IMG/VR virus record: IMGVR_UViG_3300044638_007692
Location: 1-64,000 of that record
Origin: an uncultured virus (IMG/VR IMGVR_UViG_3300044638_007692)
Taxonomy: Duplodnaviria > Heunggongvirae > Uroviricota > Caudoviricetes
Reading direction: 5' to 3' (one strand)
Length of the DNA: 64,000 nucleotides
The translations under genes and the position numbers were made by a program. The notes beneath the pieces are model-generated. The model had not been told where the DNA came from. It saw only the letters and a program-made list of their open reading frames with translations, and ran no database searches. Shown piece after piece: positions 47,604 to 58,307 of this stretch (the first letter of the stretch is position 1; each line of letters begins with the position of its first letter).

Positions 47604-50600
47604 CTACGCCTGAGCTTCTGCCCATGACATCTTCGCTGAGGTTAGTGTAGCGTTACCAGTCAATCTAGATACTGCAATTGTCAAGATGTCTGGACCATCT
47701 GGGAAAATTGAGTCTCCACCAAGAATAGAGTTTGACAACTCAAACAGGCTTGAAACATCTACCACAGTGGTGTCTTCAGCACCGCTAGCACCACCAGCAG
47801 CACGGAAGTTGTAAACCTGAACTCCACCAGACACTGTGTCCTGAGCTGTGTGCTCAACAATCTGAGTCAAGGAAGGTGTATCTACACCCACGAAGTTTAG
47901 GTTGTTTAGACGTGGATTTAGAAGAACCTTACAGTCAACCAACTGTGTCGTAGACACACCAATTTCCTGCAAACGTAGCTGCATTCGGTTGATAACGTCT
48001 CGGTCACCAAGCTTACCTGTCAAACCTTCAGATACTGAAGGAGAGAGGCGAATTGATAACAATGGCTGGTAGTTAGGACCAGATGTGTTGTTCAATGAGC
48101 CATTTGGATATAAGAAGTAAGTGTACTGGGTGTTTCCTTGGGTAGTGAAGTTAATGACCTCAGAGATGATGATAGCTGGATCATTTAGTGCAGTCACAGG
48201 TGTTGAAACGTTGGTTGCCTGATATGTGAATGTAGTTGAGTTAGTAACTGTCACATAGAACGGACCATTTGGCACACGGGTTGAGCCGTATACACCGACA
48301 TACATACCAGTACTCAAGTTGTGTGGTTGTGTGGTTACGATAGTTACAGTCGTACCAGTTTGAGCACTAGTAATTGTCTGAGGATTGATTGCATATGAAG
48401 TTCCACGGCTAATTGTTACGTTAGGTGGGGTCAAGTGAATCAAGTTAGGTGAATTGACCAGAACTCCATACAACGCATCGTTAGTCAGGTTAGCTCTTGT
48501 GTTAGAACCAACAATCTGAGTTGCTGGGTTCAAAAGGTTATTACCTGGGAATCCGTTAGTAGCAATTGACTGGAACTGTAGCAAATCACCAGTTGCAAAA
48601 CCGTGACTCTGTACAGTAAACAAGTCAGTTGTTAGGTTGATACCAGATGAAGCAAATGACTTAGCGGTTGTTCCAGTTACCTGCAGAGTCTGGCTTGAAC
48701 CAGTGAAGAGGTACGCGTTGTCATCATCGAAACGACCATCCATGATGACCGAAGTACCCCAGTGGAAGAGGTAAGGAATATAAGTTGGGTTCTCGTAAGT
48801 TACAACTTCATAACGAGCTGGCAAGTTACCTGAACGGAAGTATGACTCGAACAAGTTGTTGTTGTGGACAAACTCGTGAACGTACTGTACTTGACCGTCT
48901 GTAGTCTTGAAACCGAAGCGAATCTTACCTGCACCGTACCAAGAGTAGTCAATGTAAGCCATCTGAATACGAGAAATATCTAAGTTATATCCTGTAGGAC
49001 CAGAACCATCGCAAACGTCGATGTTCCACTGGCTTTGAGGAACTCGGGTATCTACAGTCTTTGTCATAACAATACCTGACTTAGCAGGTACAAATGAGTG
49101 GACTGTGGTTGTTCCTGTAGTAGACAAATCTACGTTAATTTCAGAATCTGGGTCAGCAACAAGTTTAAAGGTGTTGTTGTTAATCAAATCAACATAGTAT
49201 GTACGACCGTTAATCATTCCACCAATAGGCTCGCCGTCAATGGAGTTGTAGATAACTGGTAAACGATCAGCAAAACCATGACCAATAATTGTAAAGATGT
49301 CAGTGGTTGTATTGACTTGAGTCTGAGGATTGAATTCCTTCTCTGTTCCAGAAGAACCCTTATACTCAGGACGAATCGACATACGTGTATCTGACTCAAT
49401 CTCTGTAATTCTATAAGACTGACCACGCATAACAATAAAGTCACCAACTTCAACCTGAGCTTGGAACGCTGTGTTTGTTCCAAAGATAAGCTCTGAGCCT
49501 TGTAGAGCAGCTGCTGTACCTGCTAGCTGCTGAGTAGATGAACGACGTACGGCGTAGATAGCTTCACCATCGAACTCGAAGTATGCACCGTTCTGGAAGT
49601 CGAACATACCTTCACGGACAGCACCGTTTGACCACTCACGAACATAGAACTGAGGGAATCCGTAAGCACGGTTTTCAATAATCGGTTGTGTAGAAGTAAA
49701 TCGGAATGTTGTTAGGTCAACAACTGTTACTTGGAACTCTCCGTTGTAAACAGTGCTTGTATTTCCATAAGAATCTTCTGCACCATTTACTACAATAAAG
49801 AGACCAGAAACAAGTCCGTGAGGGCGACGAGTCTTACATTCAACTGTAAGTGAGCTGAACTGTCTCATACTCTCAAGGTCAATTGAAGGCTGGAAGTTAA
49901 CACCGCAAGAAGACTGAATACCCTTACCTGATTGGTAACGGAAGTACTTACGAGTCTGACGAACAATCTGACCAAACGATGTCTTAGCACCTACTGACAT
50001 CTCAACGCCACCATCGAATGGACGGTGTAGTGAGTAGCCCTGAGGACGTACATAGACGAATGTTGGATATGAGTAAGAAACAGCGCTATATGCGTTTGCA
50101 TACGGACGGTCCACTGTAATCTGAGTATCTCCACCAATCGCGGTGATACGACGAATGATTGGACCTACTGGAACAGTGTTTGTAAGAGTGAACCCTGTAC
50201 CAGTACCTTGTGTACTGAAGTCAAGAGCCTGAAGGTTATTTTGAGCATCGTTCAATGTAGTGTGCAGAGTAATTTCTGTGTTAGAAACTGCACGAACATA
50301 GTAGTAGTAACCATCAACTAGAGGTGTTGGTGGTACACCACCATTTGCTGCAAACTTAACAACATCACCAGTGACAAAATTGTGAGTGTCAACAATTCTG
50401 TTGTTAGTTGTATTCACATCAGCATCAGCAAATGTTTTTACTGTGCTAGATATAGAGAAATTACTTCCAGTACCAACTGTTGTGAGGTCAATAACGTTTG
50501 TATTGTTAGTAGCATCAGTTGATGTTGGGTGAAGAGTCATAGTAGACCCAGCGCTAACTGCTCTTACAAAGTAGGTAGCTCCTTCTACTAGAGGAGCTGG

Positions 50601-53600
50601 CGCAGTTCCACCACCAGCAGAGAACACAACTTGTGTTCCTGTAGTGAAGGTGTTGCTCTTTGTAATCAAGTTTGTAGCTGTGTTTACATCTGCAGCAGCA
50701 AAAACCATAGTTCCATGCTGCTTAGTTACGTTAGGTGGGAATAGACGGAAACGGTCTCCCACTTTTAGAATCTTCGAGAACGCAGTACCAGAACCGTTAA
50801 CAAGAACAGAACCAGATGAAACAGATACGGTTCCTGAACCAGTTACGTTACCGTTGATTTGGTCAGTAATAAGCTTGTGACCAACACCAGTACCGTGGTC
50901 GCTGATGTTAAGAGTAATACCAGCTGCAGCATTTTCTGCTGAAGTTGCTAGACGTAGATAGTCACGGTTGATTGCAACAACATAATAATCAGTGTTGTTT
51001 GTCAAACCAGCAATATCAGTTGCAGCATCTCCTTGCTCATATGTGACTTTTGTTCCAGTTGTAAAACCGTGAGAAGGAATAAAGAAAGTATTTAGCTCAA
51101 GGTCGATTGTGCCTCTTGGGTTAAACACCTTTGTAATAATTGGAACGTTACCTGCTGCCTCGACAGTAAATGTCTGAGGAGAAGGTGTAGAAGTGATGGT
51201 GTAAATACCATCTGGAGTCTTTGACAAAGAACGTAAAGTATGACGTCCAACACCTGCTGGGCTCGCTGTTAGATCAACAGCTGTACCTGCATCAGCATTT
51301 TCTGGAGTTGTAGCAAGTTTGATGTTATCTCCATCTACGAAAATTACGTAGTATGGAGTAGCAGTAGTCAAACCATTGACAACTGTCTGACCCTTTGAGT
51401 CATATTCAACAAGCTCTCCCTGCAAGAATCCGTGACTTGGAAGAGTGATTGTGTCAGTTGTGTAATCAAGCGATGTAATAAACAGCGAATGAGTACCAGT
51501 TGCTGGCCATGGATCTTGGTTAGTGATATTTGCAATAATGCTTAATGCTTTGTTTGTAGCAAGGCGCACAATGCTGTTGTCAACTTTAACAATGTAATAG
51601 GTGTTGTTATCAGTCAAACCTGGGATGACAACGTTTCCAGAACCACCCTTTGAATAGCGGATTGCTTGACCAGATACAAGGCCGTGGTTAGGAATGTAGA
51701 GAGTATCTTCAAGAGCGTTAACAGTCAAGAAGATAAAGCTGTGACCAGTACCAGTACCAGTATTAGTGAAATTAATGTAAGTAGGAGAGTTCAAAGAAGA
51801 CTTCAACCTAATTTGGTTAGCATTGATAACTTCAGATACATAGTATGTAGCTTGATCAATAAGAGGAACGATAGCTGTTCCATCACCAACGTTGTAACGT
51901 AGAGGTTGGTCTACTAAGAATCCGTGGTTATTAATAGTCAAAGTGTCAGTAGCTGTGTTTACAACAACACGACTCAACTTAGCAGTTGTTGCGACTTCTC
52001 GAGAAGATGGAGCAGTTAAGTTAATATTTGTAAACGATGGTGCAGGAGTAGTGCTCAATCGGTAGCTAAACGCACTGACTGTGTTTATGTAATAAATTGA
52101 TCCATTTGTTATTCCAACTGGAGGAACTCCATTGAAATTTACTTGAACTGCTTCACCATTTGTAAGAGTGTGTGGAGCAGCACTATGAATTTGATCATTT
52201 TGAATGTCTAAGCTGATTGGCACAAAAGCGTGGTATGAAGAACCAGCTGGTGCAATGGCAATTGCATTTGTACCGTTTTCTGCATCCTGTGCTGTTGGGT
52301 GAATACTGTTACCAGTTGTAAAGCTAGAAACTAGTGATACTGTAACTTGACCTTCACCTGTGTTATATGTAGAAAGGTTTGAAATTGGAGAACCATTAAA
52401 TGTGTTTGCTCCGTCAAAGATACCTGTAGAAGTTCCAACATTTGTAGCAGTAGCTACGATGAATGAGCCACCACCACCACCAGACTGGTTGGCTGTTGTA
52501 GAACGAGCACCGCCACCACCAGAGTAGCCACCGCCACCACCAGACTGACCTACACGGTTGCCGTCAGATTGACCACCGCCACCAAAACCACCATAACCAC
52601 CAGTACGAATGTTAGTTCCCATGGTTAGACCGTCTAGGAATGAACCACCACCAAATGTTGGTTCTGAGCCAAAGCTACCGTTCTGTCCGCGAGAGAAGAA
52701 ACCTCCACCAGCAGCAGAGTAACCAAGAGGGCTTTGCGCACGACCACCAAAACCAACACTACCGCCAGCTTGCTGACCATTGGTAGATGTACCACCAAGT
52801 CTTGTAAGAACACCATCTCGTCCAGCACCAGAGTTTGATTCAGCAGAACCACCACCAGCGACAAACAAAGGCTCGTTACCAGTTTTACGAACAACGAATG
52901 TTCCACCACCAGAGCCACCCCATGTAGCACTTCCACCTTGCTCACCACGTTGACCAACGGCGATTGTAATAACTTCACCTTTAGTTAAAGCAATACGTCC
53001 TTCAACAACAGCTCCGCGGCCTACACCACCAGATCCGTTACCATCAAAACCAGAAGCACCACGAACGTTAAAGCTGTAAATACCAGATACAGGAACTGTC
53101 CAGTCTTGATAACCGACAAATGAACCCTGAGAAATATATTGATCGTCCCAAGTTGTATTATAAAAGTTACGCATTTCTGTTTGAGTAGGTCCAACACGAC
53201 CAGTCTTTCCACAGGTTGTAAAGGTGTGGCTAGTAAAGGCATAAAGTGCCTGTGAACCAGCAAACTCAGAAATTGATACGTTCTTTAAGAAGTATGTATC
53301 TCCACTAGTCAAGCCAACTAAAGGAGTTCCGTTTGTGTAATACTTCACTGCTTGATTTGTTGGTGTTGATGCGTCAATATTTAGCTTATTTGCGTAAACA
53401 ATTGGAGTATTAAACTTAATTGAACCAGCTGCGCTATCAGTAAGATTGAGTGCTGAGCCATTAAAAGTTGCACTAAATTGTAGTTTTTTTGGTTGAGTTG
53501 TAGTTACATAAACAAGACCATTCTCGGTAAATCCTGTAACTGACCCAACACCAGATGTATACAAAAATGCTACTCCAGGAGCTAGGGCAGCTGGGATAAC

Positions 53601-53708
53601 GTTCGGGGCTGTATTCTTAAAGTAGATGAAATCTTCATCAAGATTCACGTTTACTCTAGAAAAAGAGTGAGTACCAACAGCACCAGCAGCTGTTACGTTA
53701 ATTGGCAT
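47604..53708 (-). CDS. giant (2034 aa) virion structural protein with Gly-rich domain and repeated HGF beta modules
   Basis: Repeats of D.I....HGF..G..V.Y....I.GLT....YYV.......LAT; Gly-rich WTVP...GGGGGTFV domain; HRPFDGGV...RQTRKYFRYQSGKG; IDYSWYGAG. Confidence 0.7.
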   Translation of the reverse strand: MPINVTAAGAVGTHSFSRVNVNLDEDFIYFKNTAPNVIPAALAPGVAFLYTSGVGSVTGFTENGLVYVTTTQPKKLQFSATFNGSALNLTDSAAGSIKFNTPIVYANKLNIDASTPTNQAVKYYTNGTPLVGLTSGDTYFLKNVSISEFAGSQALYAFTSHTFTTCGKTGRVGPTQTEMRNFYNTTWDDQYISQGSFVGYQDWTVPVSGIYSFNVRGASGFDGNGSGGVGRGAVVEGRIALTKGEVITIAVGQRGEQGGSATWGGSGGGTFVVRKTGNEPLFVAGGGSAESNSGAGRDGVLTRLGGTSTNGQQAGGSVGFGGRAQSPLGYSAAGGGFFSRGQNGSFGSEPTFGGGSFLDGLTMGTNIRTGGYGGFGGGGQSDGNRVGQSGGGGGYSGGGGARSTTANQSGGGGGSFIVATATNVGTSTGIFDGANTFNGSPISNLSTYNTGEGQVTVSLVSSFTTGNSIHPTAQDAENGTNAIAIAPAGSSYHAFVPISLDIQNDQIHSAAPHTLTNGEAVQVNFNGVPPVGITNGSIYYINTVSAFSYRLSTTPAPSFTNINLTAPSSREVATTAKLSRVVVNTATDTLTINNHGFLVDQPLRYNVGDGTAIVPLIDQATYYVSEVINANQIRLKSSLNSPTYINFTNTGTGTGHSFIFLTVNALEDTLYIPNHGLVSGQAIRYSKGGSGNVVIPGLTDNNTYYIVKVDNSIVRLATNKALSIIANITNQDPWPATGTHSLFITSLDYTTDTITLPSHGFLQGELVEYDSKGQTVVNGLTTATPYYVIFVDGDNIKLATTPENADAGTAVDLTASPAGVGRHTLRSLSKTPDGIYTITSTPSPQTFTVEAAGNVPIITKVFNPRGTIDLELNTFFIPSHGFTTGTKVTYEQGDAATDIAGLTNNTDYYVVAINRDYLRLATSAENAAAGITLNISDHGTGVGHKLITDQINGNVTGSGTVSVSSGSVLVNGSGTAFSKILKVGDRFRLFPPNVTKQHGTMVFAAADVNTATNLITKSNTFTTGTQVVFSAGGGTAPAPLVEGATYFVRAVSAGSTMTLHPTSTDATNNTNVIDLTTVGTGSNFSISSTVKTFADADVNTTNNRIVDTHNFVTGDVVKFAANGGVPPTPLVDGYYYYVRAVSNTEITLHTTLNDAQNNLQALDFSTQGTGTGFTLTNTVPVGPIIRRITAIGGDTQITVDRPYANAYSAVSYSYPTFVYVRPQGYSLHRPFDGGVEMSVGAKTSFGQIVRQTRKYFRYQSGKGIQSSCGVNFQPSIDLESMRQFSSLTVECKTRRPHGLVSGLFIVVNGAEDSYGNTSTVYNGEFQVTVVDLTTFRFTSTQPIIENRAYGFPQFYVREWSNGAVREGMFDFQNGAYFEFDGEAIYAVRRSSTQQLAGTAAALQGSELIFGTNTAFQAQVEVGDFIVMRGQSYRITEIESDTRMSIRPEYKGSSGTEKEFNPQTQVNTTTDIFTIIGHGFADRLPVIYNSIDGEPIGGMINGRTYYVDLINNNTFKLVADPDSEINVDLSTTGTTTVHSFVPAKSGIVMTKTVDTRVPQSQWNIDVCDGSGPTGYNLDISRIQMAYIDYSWYGAGKIRFGFKTTDGQVQYVHEFVHNNNLFESYFRSGNLPARYEVVTYENPTYIPYLFHWGTSVIMDGRFDDDNAYLFTGSSQTLQVTGTTAKSFASSGINLTTDLFTVQSHGFATGDLLQFQSIATNGFPGNNLLNPATQIVGSNTRANLTNDALYGVLVNSPNLIHLTPPNVTISRGTSYAINPQTITSAQTGTTVTIVTTQPHNLSTGMYVGVYGSTRVPNGPFYVTVTNSTTFTYQATNVSTPVTALNDPAIIISEVINFTTQGNTQYTYFLYPNGSLNNTSGPNYQPLLSIRLSPSVSEGLTGKLGDRDVINRMQLRLQEIGVSTTQLVDCKVLLNPRLNNLNFVGVDTPSLTQIVEHTAQDTVSGGVQVYNFRAAGGASGAEDTTVVDVSSLFELSNSILGGDSIFPDGPDILTIAVSRLTGNATLTSAKMSWAEAQA

Positions 53709-53725
53709 TTATATTATCCTCTTTC

Positions 53726-56410
53726 CTACAGTCTCGTAATTGAAACTTGACCGTTACCGCCACTGGCAACTTCCGAATCACTACGGTTAGCACCAGCATT
53801 GTATGAACCTGCTCCACCACCAGCAGATGACCACCAAGAACTTGGTCCACCAGCGTAACCACCGCCACCGCCAGAACCGCCAGCCCAACCGCGGTTAGCA
53901 CCACCGCCACCAAAACCACCAGCGTTTGAGTAAGAGCCGCCGTATGCACCATTTACGAATGATGTGCCAGGTCCTGCCCAGCCGCCGCCGTTCCCATAGA
54001 AACCGCCGCCTCCACCATGAGACTCGCCGTTACCACCGTTACCGCCACCTGCTCCACCAAATGAGTTAGATCCTCGGGAAGATTCACCAGTAGTTGCGTC
54101 AGAATATCCGTACCAGCCAGCGCCCGCTCCACCGCCACCGCCAGCAACTAAGTATGGAAGGTTATCTGAGCGACGAGCAACAAAACTTCCACCACCACCA
54201 GCACCAGTAGAACCATCATTAGAGCCAGCTTGACCTACAACAATTTTAATTTCATCGCCGAGACTCCAGTTAAAGTCTCCACGCATACGAGTTCCATAGC
54301 CACCACGAGCACCCCAACCGTTGGACCAACCACCAGCTGCTCCATAAGCTTCTACTCGGTATGTTGCAACCTCAGGGACAGTCCAAACAATTGTTCCAGT
54401 GTTGCCTGGCATGTTGATATAAGTATTACCCCATGAAGGGTTGCCCGCACCCGAGCGAGCTTGAGATAGGTTAGGACCACCTGTACCACCAGCACCACCT
54501 GGTGTGAATGTAACGCTTGAGAATGAGTACAAAGCAGGAGGTTGATCAAACTGATATGTATGTACTTGGAATGCAGAAATGCCGTCTACGTCTGTACCAG
54601 TAATAATAACTTGACGTCCTGGGACTGCAATATTTTCTGTAGGAGTTCCAGAAACAACTCCAGTTGAAGGGTTGAGAGACAGACCTGATGGAAGAGTTCC
54701 GCTTGTAACTGCATAAGTAATAGGGGCAGTCATACCTATAGGCGTCACGGTTGTTGGAGTAATTGCGTATCTAGAAAAGCCTGATCTTGAGATAGTTAGT
54801 GGGCTTAGCTCACCAACGGTCTGATTCAAAGTGAAGTTGTGTTGGTCAATAACTGTAGCTACAAAGTAGAAATTTTTGACTTGAGATGAGTCAACTACTG
54901 TAAAAGCACCGTTTTCAGGTGAAACATAGCGAAGCATGTCAAAGCGAGAGTATCCGTGGTCTTTTACGTGGAAGATATCTCTATCTGGAGACACACCAAT
55001 TTGTTTAAATGTTTGAGTACCAGTTCCACCAGAAATTGATGTAATTGTTGCTGAAGTTGGAAGAGGTTTAAGAGTGAAAGCGTAGTTAAGTCCGCCAGTA
55101 GAGAAGAAAGAGTCAATAAAATAAGTGGTGTTATTTGTAAGACCGTTTGCAGCGGTACCAGTGGTGTTGTAGAAAACCATAGCTCCGAAGTACCACTCGA
55201 GAGGGATTGCTTGGGCTGAAGTGACGTTTACTAGGGAGCCGCTGTAGGAAGTTACTTGACCTATTTGAACAGAGCTGTTTGAACCATCAAAAACTTTTGG
55301 AGTATCTTTAACAATATCAACTACAACTTCTGTAAGAGAGTTAGTATTATTTCCAGCAAAAGTACGTGCTTGGTTAGCTAACTGGAAAGTTCCTGTCATT
55401 GTGGTTGGGATTTCAATGACATCACCATCTGGAACTGCTGAAACTTGGAAGGTAGAGCTAGAAGTTCCTAGAGCAGTTGCTGTTTTTAGGAAGACAACGC
55501 CGCGAGGATTGGTAGCAAAATATCCGCCTCCAGATACAACATCATAGTAAAACGGAGTTCCAACAGCTCTGTTTGCAAAATTTTCTGTGCCGTGAGCAAC
55601 AGTAATAGTGTTGTTCACAAGGTTTTGAGCATTCATATTAACTGTGCTAGTAACGCCAGCTACAGTTGCAGAGTTAGACCAATCAATATTGATTTGAGAA
55701 AGAGTGTTAGAACCGTCAAATGTTTGGGCTACAGCAGAGTTAGAAGCGTCAAAAGACTTAGCTTCGTTGTTATTTGCAGGGAATTCCTGCGAAATAGTTG
55801 AGTTTAGGTTCAAGAAATAGAACGGAGTGTCAACATAAAAACCGTGAGTAGAACCTGTTGTAACAGTAAGTGTTGAAACTGACTCACCGTCTGTTGTAAT
55901 ACCAGCGGCGTCTGCTAGACGCAGCTGCGAACCTTGGAAAAACTCGCCTGTAATAACTGAGGAGTAAAGGTCTTCAATAGAGTTATTGCCTAGCTGAACG
56001 TCGCGACATAGGTAGGTGAAAGTATTTGGGTTCGGAATAGAGTTGATGATGTATGCACCATCGGCTGTAATTGATTTTGTTCCTGTTACGTTAATAGGAA
56101 TACCGACCGCAAGCCCGTGTGGGAGGCCAGTGCTGACGGTAATTTCACGTGTGCCATCGTTAGTTGTGATGGCAGTAATGTTGGGAATAGTGGTGTCACC
56201 AGACTTAGAAAAGAATGATGGAGTGTTGTTGATGAGCTCAACAGTTTCCCACTTAGTAGGCTGAAGACCATATTCAAAGTCGGTATCGATGAGGTTCTCA
56301 GGCTCGGATACGCGAAGTTTAGTTACTGGGTCAATAAACTCCTTTGGGAAGTTAATTTCTCCACCAACACCGCTTGAGCCGCCTGAGCTACCACCTAAAA
56401 AGCCGGGCAT
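53726..56410 (-). CDS. large (894 aa) virion structural protein with putative Ig (He_PIG-like) and Gly-rich domains
   Basis: DPVTKLRVSEPENLIDTDFEYG N-terminus; SGTLPSGLSLNPSTGVVSGTPT; Gly-rich C-terminus. Confidence 0.7.
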   Translation of the reverse strand: MPGFLGGSSGGSSGVGGEINFPKEFIDPVTKLRVSEPENLIDTDFEYGLQPTKWETVELINNTPSFFSKSGDTTIPNITAITTNDGTREITVSTGLPHGLAVGIPINVTGTKSITADGAYIINSIPNPNTFTYLCRDVQLGNNSIEDLYSSVITGEFFQGSQLRLADAAGITTDGESVSTLTVTTGSTHGFYVDTPFYFLNLNSTISQEFPANNNEAKSFDASNSAVAQTFDGSNTLSQINIDWSNSATVAGVTSTVNMNAQNLVNNTITVAHGTENFANRAVGTPFYYDVVSGGGYFATNPRGVVFLKTATALGTSSSTFQVSAVPDGDVIEIPTTMTGTFQLANQARTFAGNNTNSLTEVVVDIVKDTPKVFDGSNSSVQIGQVTSYSGSLVNVTSAQAIPLEWYFGAMVFYNTTGTAANGLTNNTTYFIDSFFSTGGLNYAFTLKPLPTSATITSISGGTGTQTFKQIGVSPDRDIFHVKDHGYSRFDMLRYVSPENGAFTVVDSSQVKNFYFVATVIDQHNFTLNQTVGELSPLTISRSGFSRYAITPTTVTPIGMTAPITYAVTSGTLPSGLSLNPSTGVVSGTPTENIAVPGRQVIITGTDVDGISAFQVHTYQFDQPPALYSFSSVTFTPGGAGGTGGPNLSQARSGAGNPSWGNTYINMPGNTGTIVWTVPEVATYRVEAYGAAGGWSNGWGARGGYGTRMRGDFNWSLGDEIKIVVGQAGSNDGSTGAGGGGSFVARRSDNLPYLVAGGGGGAGAGWYGYSDATTGESSRGSNSFGGAGGGNGGNGESHGGGGGFYGNGGGWAGPGTSFVNGAYGGSYSNAGGFGGGGANRGWAGGSGGGGGYAGGPSSWWSSAGGGAGSYNAGANRSDSEVASGGNGQVSITRL

Positions 56411-56504
56411 TATTCATTACCTCTCTCACCACACACGAGATCTGTTAGTAGAATACCACTGCTACAAATCTTTGATTTTAAAAAAGTGCTCGTGTTTTGC
56501 ATTA

Positions 56505-57155
56505 TTACGTACCTAACCACCAGCTTGTGCTAACAGCAAAAGAACCTACAGGACCTGTTGCTCCAGCTGGTCCTGTTGAACCACCCTGAGTCTCAATAAA
56601 AACTCCGTTGTAAAAAACATAAGTAATAGCGGTGTTTGTATCAAACCAAGCATCACCATTAACGGCAGTCAACAAGTCAGGTTGAGTTGGGCTAGCAGTA
56701 AACTTACCGACTGGGCCAGTAGGACCTGTAGGACCTGGAACTTCAGACTGTGGTCCTGTAGTACCAGTAGGACCTGTAACACCACGAGGGCCTGTTGGAC
56801 CTTGAGGACCTGTAACATTTGAATCTGCTCCAGTTGGACCAGTAAAACCGCGAGGACCTTGGTCTCCTTGCAAACCCTGTGGACCTGTAGGTCCTTGTGG
56901 ACCAGTAGGACCAATTGGACCACTAGGACCAGCTACATCTGATACTGGGCCTGTCGGACCTTGAATACCTTGTGGACCAGTGTCACCTTGTGGACCTGTA
57001 GCTCCAGTAGGACCCTGAATACCTTGTGGACCAGTAGGACCTGTTGGAGTTACACGCTTAGCTTCCCAAACTAGTCCAGTCCAGACCCAGGTTTGACCGC
57101 CAGATGTGAACTCTTCTCCAACTACTACGGGCGTTGGAAAATCAATTGCTGCCAC
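56505..57155 (-). CDS. collagen-like protein with AIDFP N-terminal module
   Basis: MAAIDFP...TWVWTG..W, G-X-Y repeats, GDAWFDT module; SD AAGGAG. Confidence 0.8.
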   Translation of the reverse strand: MAAIDFPTPVVVGEEFTSGGQTWVWTGLVWEAKRVTPTGPTGPQGIQGPTGATGPQGDTGPQGIQGPTGPVSDVAGPSGPIGPTGPQGPTGPQGLQGDQGPRGFTGPTGADSNVTGPQGPTGPRGVTGPTGTTGPQSEVPGPTGPTGPVGKFTASPTQPDLLTAVNGDAWFDTNTAITYVFYNGVFIETQGGSTGPAGATGPVGSFAVSTSWWLGT

Positions 57156-57203
57156 TCTGCTTGCTCCTTTCTGGACTAACTATCTATTTTACTTGGATAA
57201 TTA

Positions 57204-57380
57204 CTATCCAACTTCTGGTTCTGATTCATTTGAATTTTTTAATCCCACATATGCTTCTGCCCAAGTAGTGGCTGACTCGATAGACTCCCACGGACCACTC
57301 TCGTCAATCACGTTGGCACCATCTAAAATCTCGACCATAGGGCCTCTTGGATTGTCATATGTCAAGTTGTATCTAAACAT
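57204..57380 (-). CDS. small 58-aa protein not in the ORF track
   Basis: ATG 57380 to TAG 57204, MFRYNLTYDNPRGPMVEILDGANVIDESGPWESIESATTWAEAYVGLKNSNESEPEVG; SD GGAGG upstream; starts 2 nt after the stop of 57383-58306. Confidence 0.75.
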   Translation of the reverse strand: MFRYNLTYDNPRGPMVEILDGANVIDESGPWESIESATTWAEAYVGLKNSNESEPEVG

Positions 57381-57382
57381 CT

Positions 57383-58306
57383 TTACCCTCCTGAGTAAGC
57401 AATTTTGCCACCGTTTCCAACAACAATGGCTAAAGACTCGTCGAAATAAACATCATTTACGTTGGATATGCCTACACCAGAATTTCTTTGAATCCATTGA
57501 ATAGAATCCGTTGAGGTAGCAACTTTTCCTGCAGTTCCTCCAGCTAGATAGTAGTTCTCACTATTTGCTGCGACTGACCTAATCTGAGAAGATCCGAAAC
57601 TACTTGCTGGGAAAGACTGAATCCATGTAAGACCATTAGTAGAACTAGCAATTTTTCCTGAGTCTCCAACGGCAATGTACTTGTCTCTTGCTGGATTTCC
57701 TACAACTGAAAAAATTGTGCTTGATATAAAAGATGACCCGCGTTGAGTCCAACTAACCCCATTTGTTGATGTTGCAAGTTTTCCATCATATCCAACAGCA
57801 ATAATAAGATTTGCGTCAGAATAAACGTTGTTTATAAAAGAAGTCCCAAAAGAAGAAAGTCTTTGAGTCCAATCAATTCCATCAATAGAGGTAGCTAACT
57901 TTCCAGAACCACCTACAGCAATCCACAAACCTGCCGCTTGAGAGTATGTGATTCCCAAGATTGCACTAGCACCAAAAGAAGATGAACGTAGTGTCCAGTT
58001 TATTCCATCAGTTGATGTAGCAAGTTTTCCAGAACTTCCTCCAACAACATAAATATCGTCTCCATATGCCACTGCATAAATATTGCTACCAGCAAAACCA
58101 GAAGTTCTCTGGGTCCAACTAGTTGAAACATCGTTAGATGTGGCAAGTTTTCCAGAACTACCGACTGCTACAAATTGCCCCATGCCATTTGTAGCAATTG
58201 AATTAATGTTGGTAGAGCCAAAAGAACTGGTAGGAACAAGTGACCAGCTAGTAGGTAAAAAAGCTACTGGCAGGGTCGCATGCATTGCATGGGTAGATAT
58301 CAGCAT
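57383..58306 (-). CDS. BNR/Asp-box-like beta-propeller protein
   Basis: About seven repeats of AVGxSGKLATSxDGxxWTQRxSSFGxSxI. Confidence 0.75.
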   Translation of the reverse strand: MLISTHAMHATLPVAFLPTSWSLVPTSSFGSTNINSIATNGMGQFVAVGSSGKLATSNDVSTSWTQRTSGFAGSNIYAVAYGDDIYVVGGSSGKLATSTDGINWTLRSSSFGASAILGITYSQAAGLWIAVGGSGKLATSIDGIDWTQRLSSFGTSFINNVYSDANLIIAVGYDGKLATSTNGVSWTQRGSSFISSTIFSVVGNPARDKYIAVGDSGKIASSTNGLTWIQSFPASSFGSSQIRSVAANSENYYLAGGTAGKVATSTDSIQWIQRNSGVGISNVNDVYFDESLAIVVGNGGKIAYSGG

Positions 58307-58307
58307 T

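Noticed and set aside
57106..57504. 132-aa plus-strand ORF
   Set aside because: It overlaps three better-supported minus-strand genes, including the 58-aa ORF with a good SD
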